A DNA stretch of 64,000 nt from NCBI RefSeq assembly GCF_006345805.1, contig NC_042999.1, positions 23,560,001 through 23,624,000 on the forward strand, in the 5' to 3' direction. Below the pieces are notes generated by a model. The model worked only from the letters and a program-made list of their open reading frames with translations, was not told where the DNA came from and did no database searches. Each line of letters starts with the position of its first letter. Positions within the stretch are counted from its first letter, which is position 1. The translations under genes were made by a program, and so were the position numbers. Source of the stretch: Octopus sinensis. Lineage: Eukaryota. Shown here in pieces: positions 62,901-64,000 of this stretch.

Positions 62901-63684
62901 TCTGCTATAGCCCGACTCTTGTCCATTCAAAACCATGTAAATGAATTTATCATCATCCGTTCTTCTCCTCCTCATTGTTGTCATCGTGCAAATGGATTTA
63001 TCCTTGTCTATTCTCATTGTAGTCATCATTGTCAATTTATATCTGTTTTCAATGGTGGATGGTTTGACAGGATCTGGCAAACCACAGGGCTGCGTCATGC
63101 TCCAACGTTAGCTATGGTATGGATTCTATGGATGAATGCCTTTCCTAATGCCAAACACTTTATACTTTAGTAGATGGAAACTGAAAGAAGCCTGCTGTTC
63201 ATGTGCATGGAAATATATCATGTGATGGTTTTAAATGAACATAACCATCATACAAATAGTCCCATTTCTAATCTTCCATGGAAACATATCCAGCAATTAT
63301 TTTGGGAACAGGTGAGGGTCAGTGACAAGAAGGGCATCCAGCCAAAGAAAATCTGCACTAGCAAATTCGGTTTGACCCATCCTTGCATTGGTCTGATGTT
63401 TAAACAATGTTGATGATATGAATAGTGGTTGGACCACAGAGGGGCTGTAAAACTGATAGCTGAAGCCTAATCACACCTAAGTAAACTGGTGTGTTTTCAA
63501 AATCTAAGGGTCTTTTATGGTGTGGTGATGTAAACCCCCATCCATTAGGTTTCCAGTTTGCAAATAAGGGAATGGTCTGTAGATATGTAGGTTAGCGGCG
63601 GTAACGGCAACAACCATGCTCAAATAATGTTTTTTACGTGCCACCTGCACAGGAGCCAGTGCAGTGGCACTGGCAACGACCTCA

Positions 63685-63733
<49 letters not shown>

Positions 63734-64000
63734 GGGAAAGTTCACGAAAAAAACAAAAGATGAAGATAGGTGGTGCACAAAACAAACAGATGTATTAGTA
63801 TAATATAACTGGCTTCAGGAAACAACCACAAGGTACAATAGTTAAAATGAGATTGTAAAAACCAAGATTAGGCACTATTTTTACAATCTGAATATATCAG
63901 TGTATAACATGTTTTGGTCTTATTAGACCTTTTCTGGCTACCAGTTCTTGGAATGACTAGAGAGATAAGTTGTAACATGCTGGACTTCTTAGCCATAAAA

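Noticed and set aside
62805-63098. ORF as the upstream Osr exon
   Set aside because: Both ends overlap SINE sequence, there is no phase-2 donor that I could justify, and no Osr-like motif such as eh1.

Overview
Eukaryotic, repeat-saturated, AT-rich DNA. I infer a coleoid cephalopod (octopus-like) origin from the SINE families and microsatellite density; the sequence alone does not prove this. I found no rRNA, bona fide tRNA or CRISPR array. The only convincing host gene is an odd-skipped/Osr-family C2H2 transcription factor on the minus strand. Two spliced exons (62257-62412 and 61247-61351) encode three fingers, and the 5' exons probably lie beyond the window end. The rest is mobile DNA and simple repeats: at least four tRNA-like or other SINE families; R4/Dong-type RLE LINEs and Tx1/L1-type LINEs sitting in microsatellites; CR1 and RTE 3' ends; a decayed mariner; several MITEs and Helitron/Helentron-like elements; and a 4-kb satellite built from microsatellite. 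The most interesting observations are: two minimal type I hammerhead ribozyme motifs; an ORF1-only (HAL1-like) element inserted with a 14-bp TSD into a SINE head; an unclassified ~550-bp element tied to (ATT)n with a reiterated terminal 19-mer; SINE tails apparently borrowed from a Tx1-like LINE; a MITE carrying TTAGGG repeats; and a possible decayed Cys-rich receptor gene plus two hairpins downstream of the Osr exons. Repeat boundaries were read by eye and are approximate unless a TSD, TIR or splice site is cited. Family names are from recalled motifs, not database searches.
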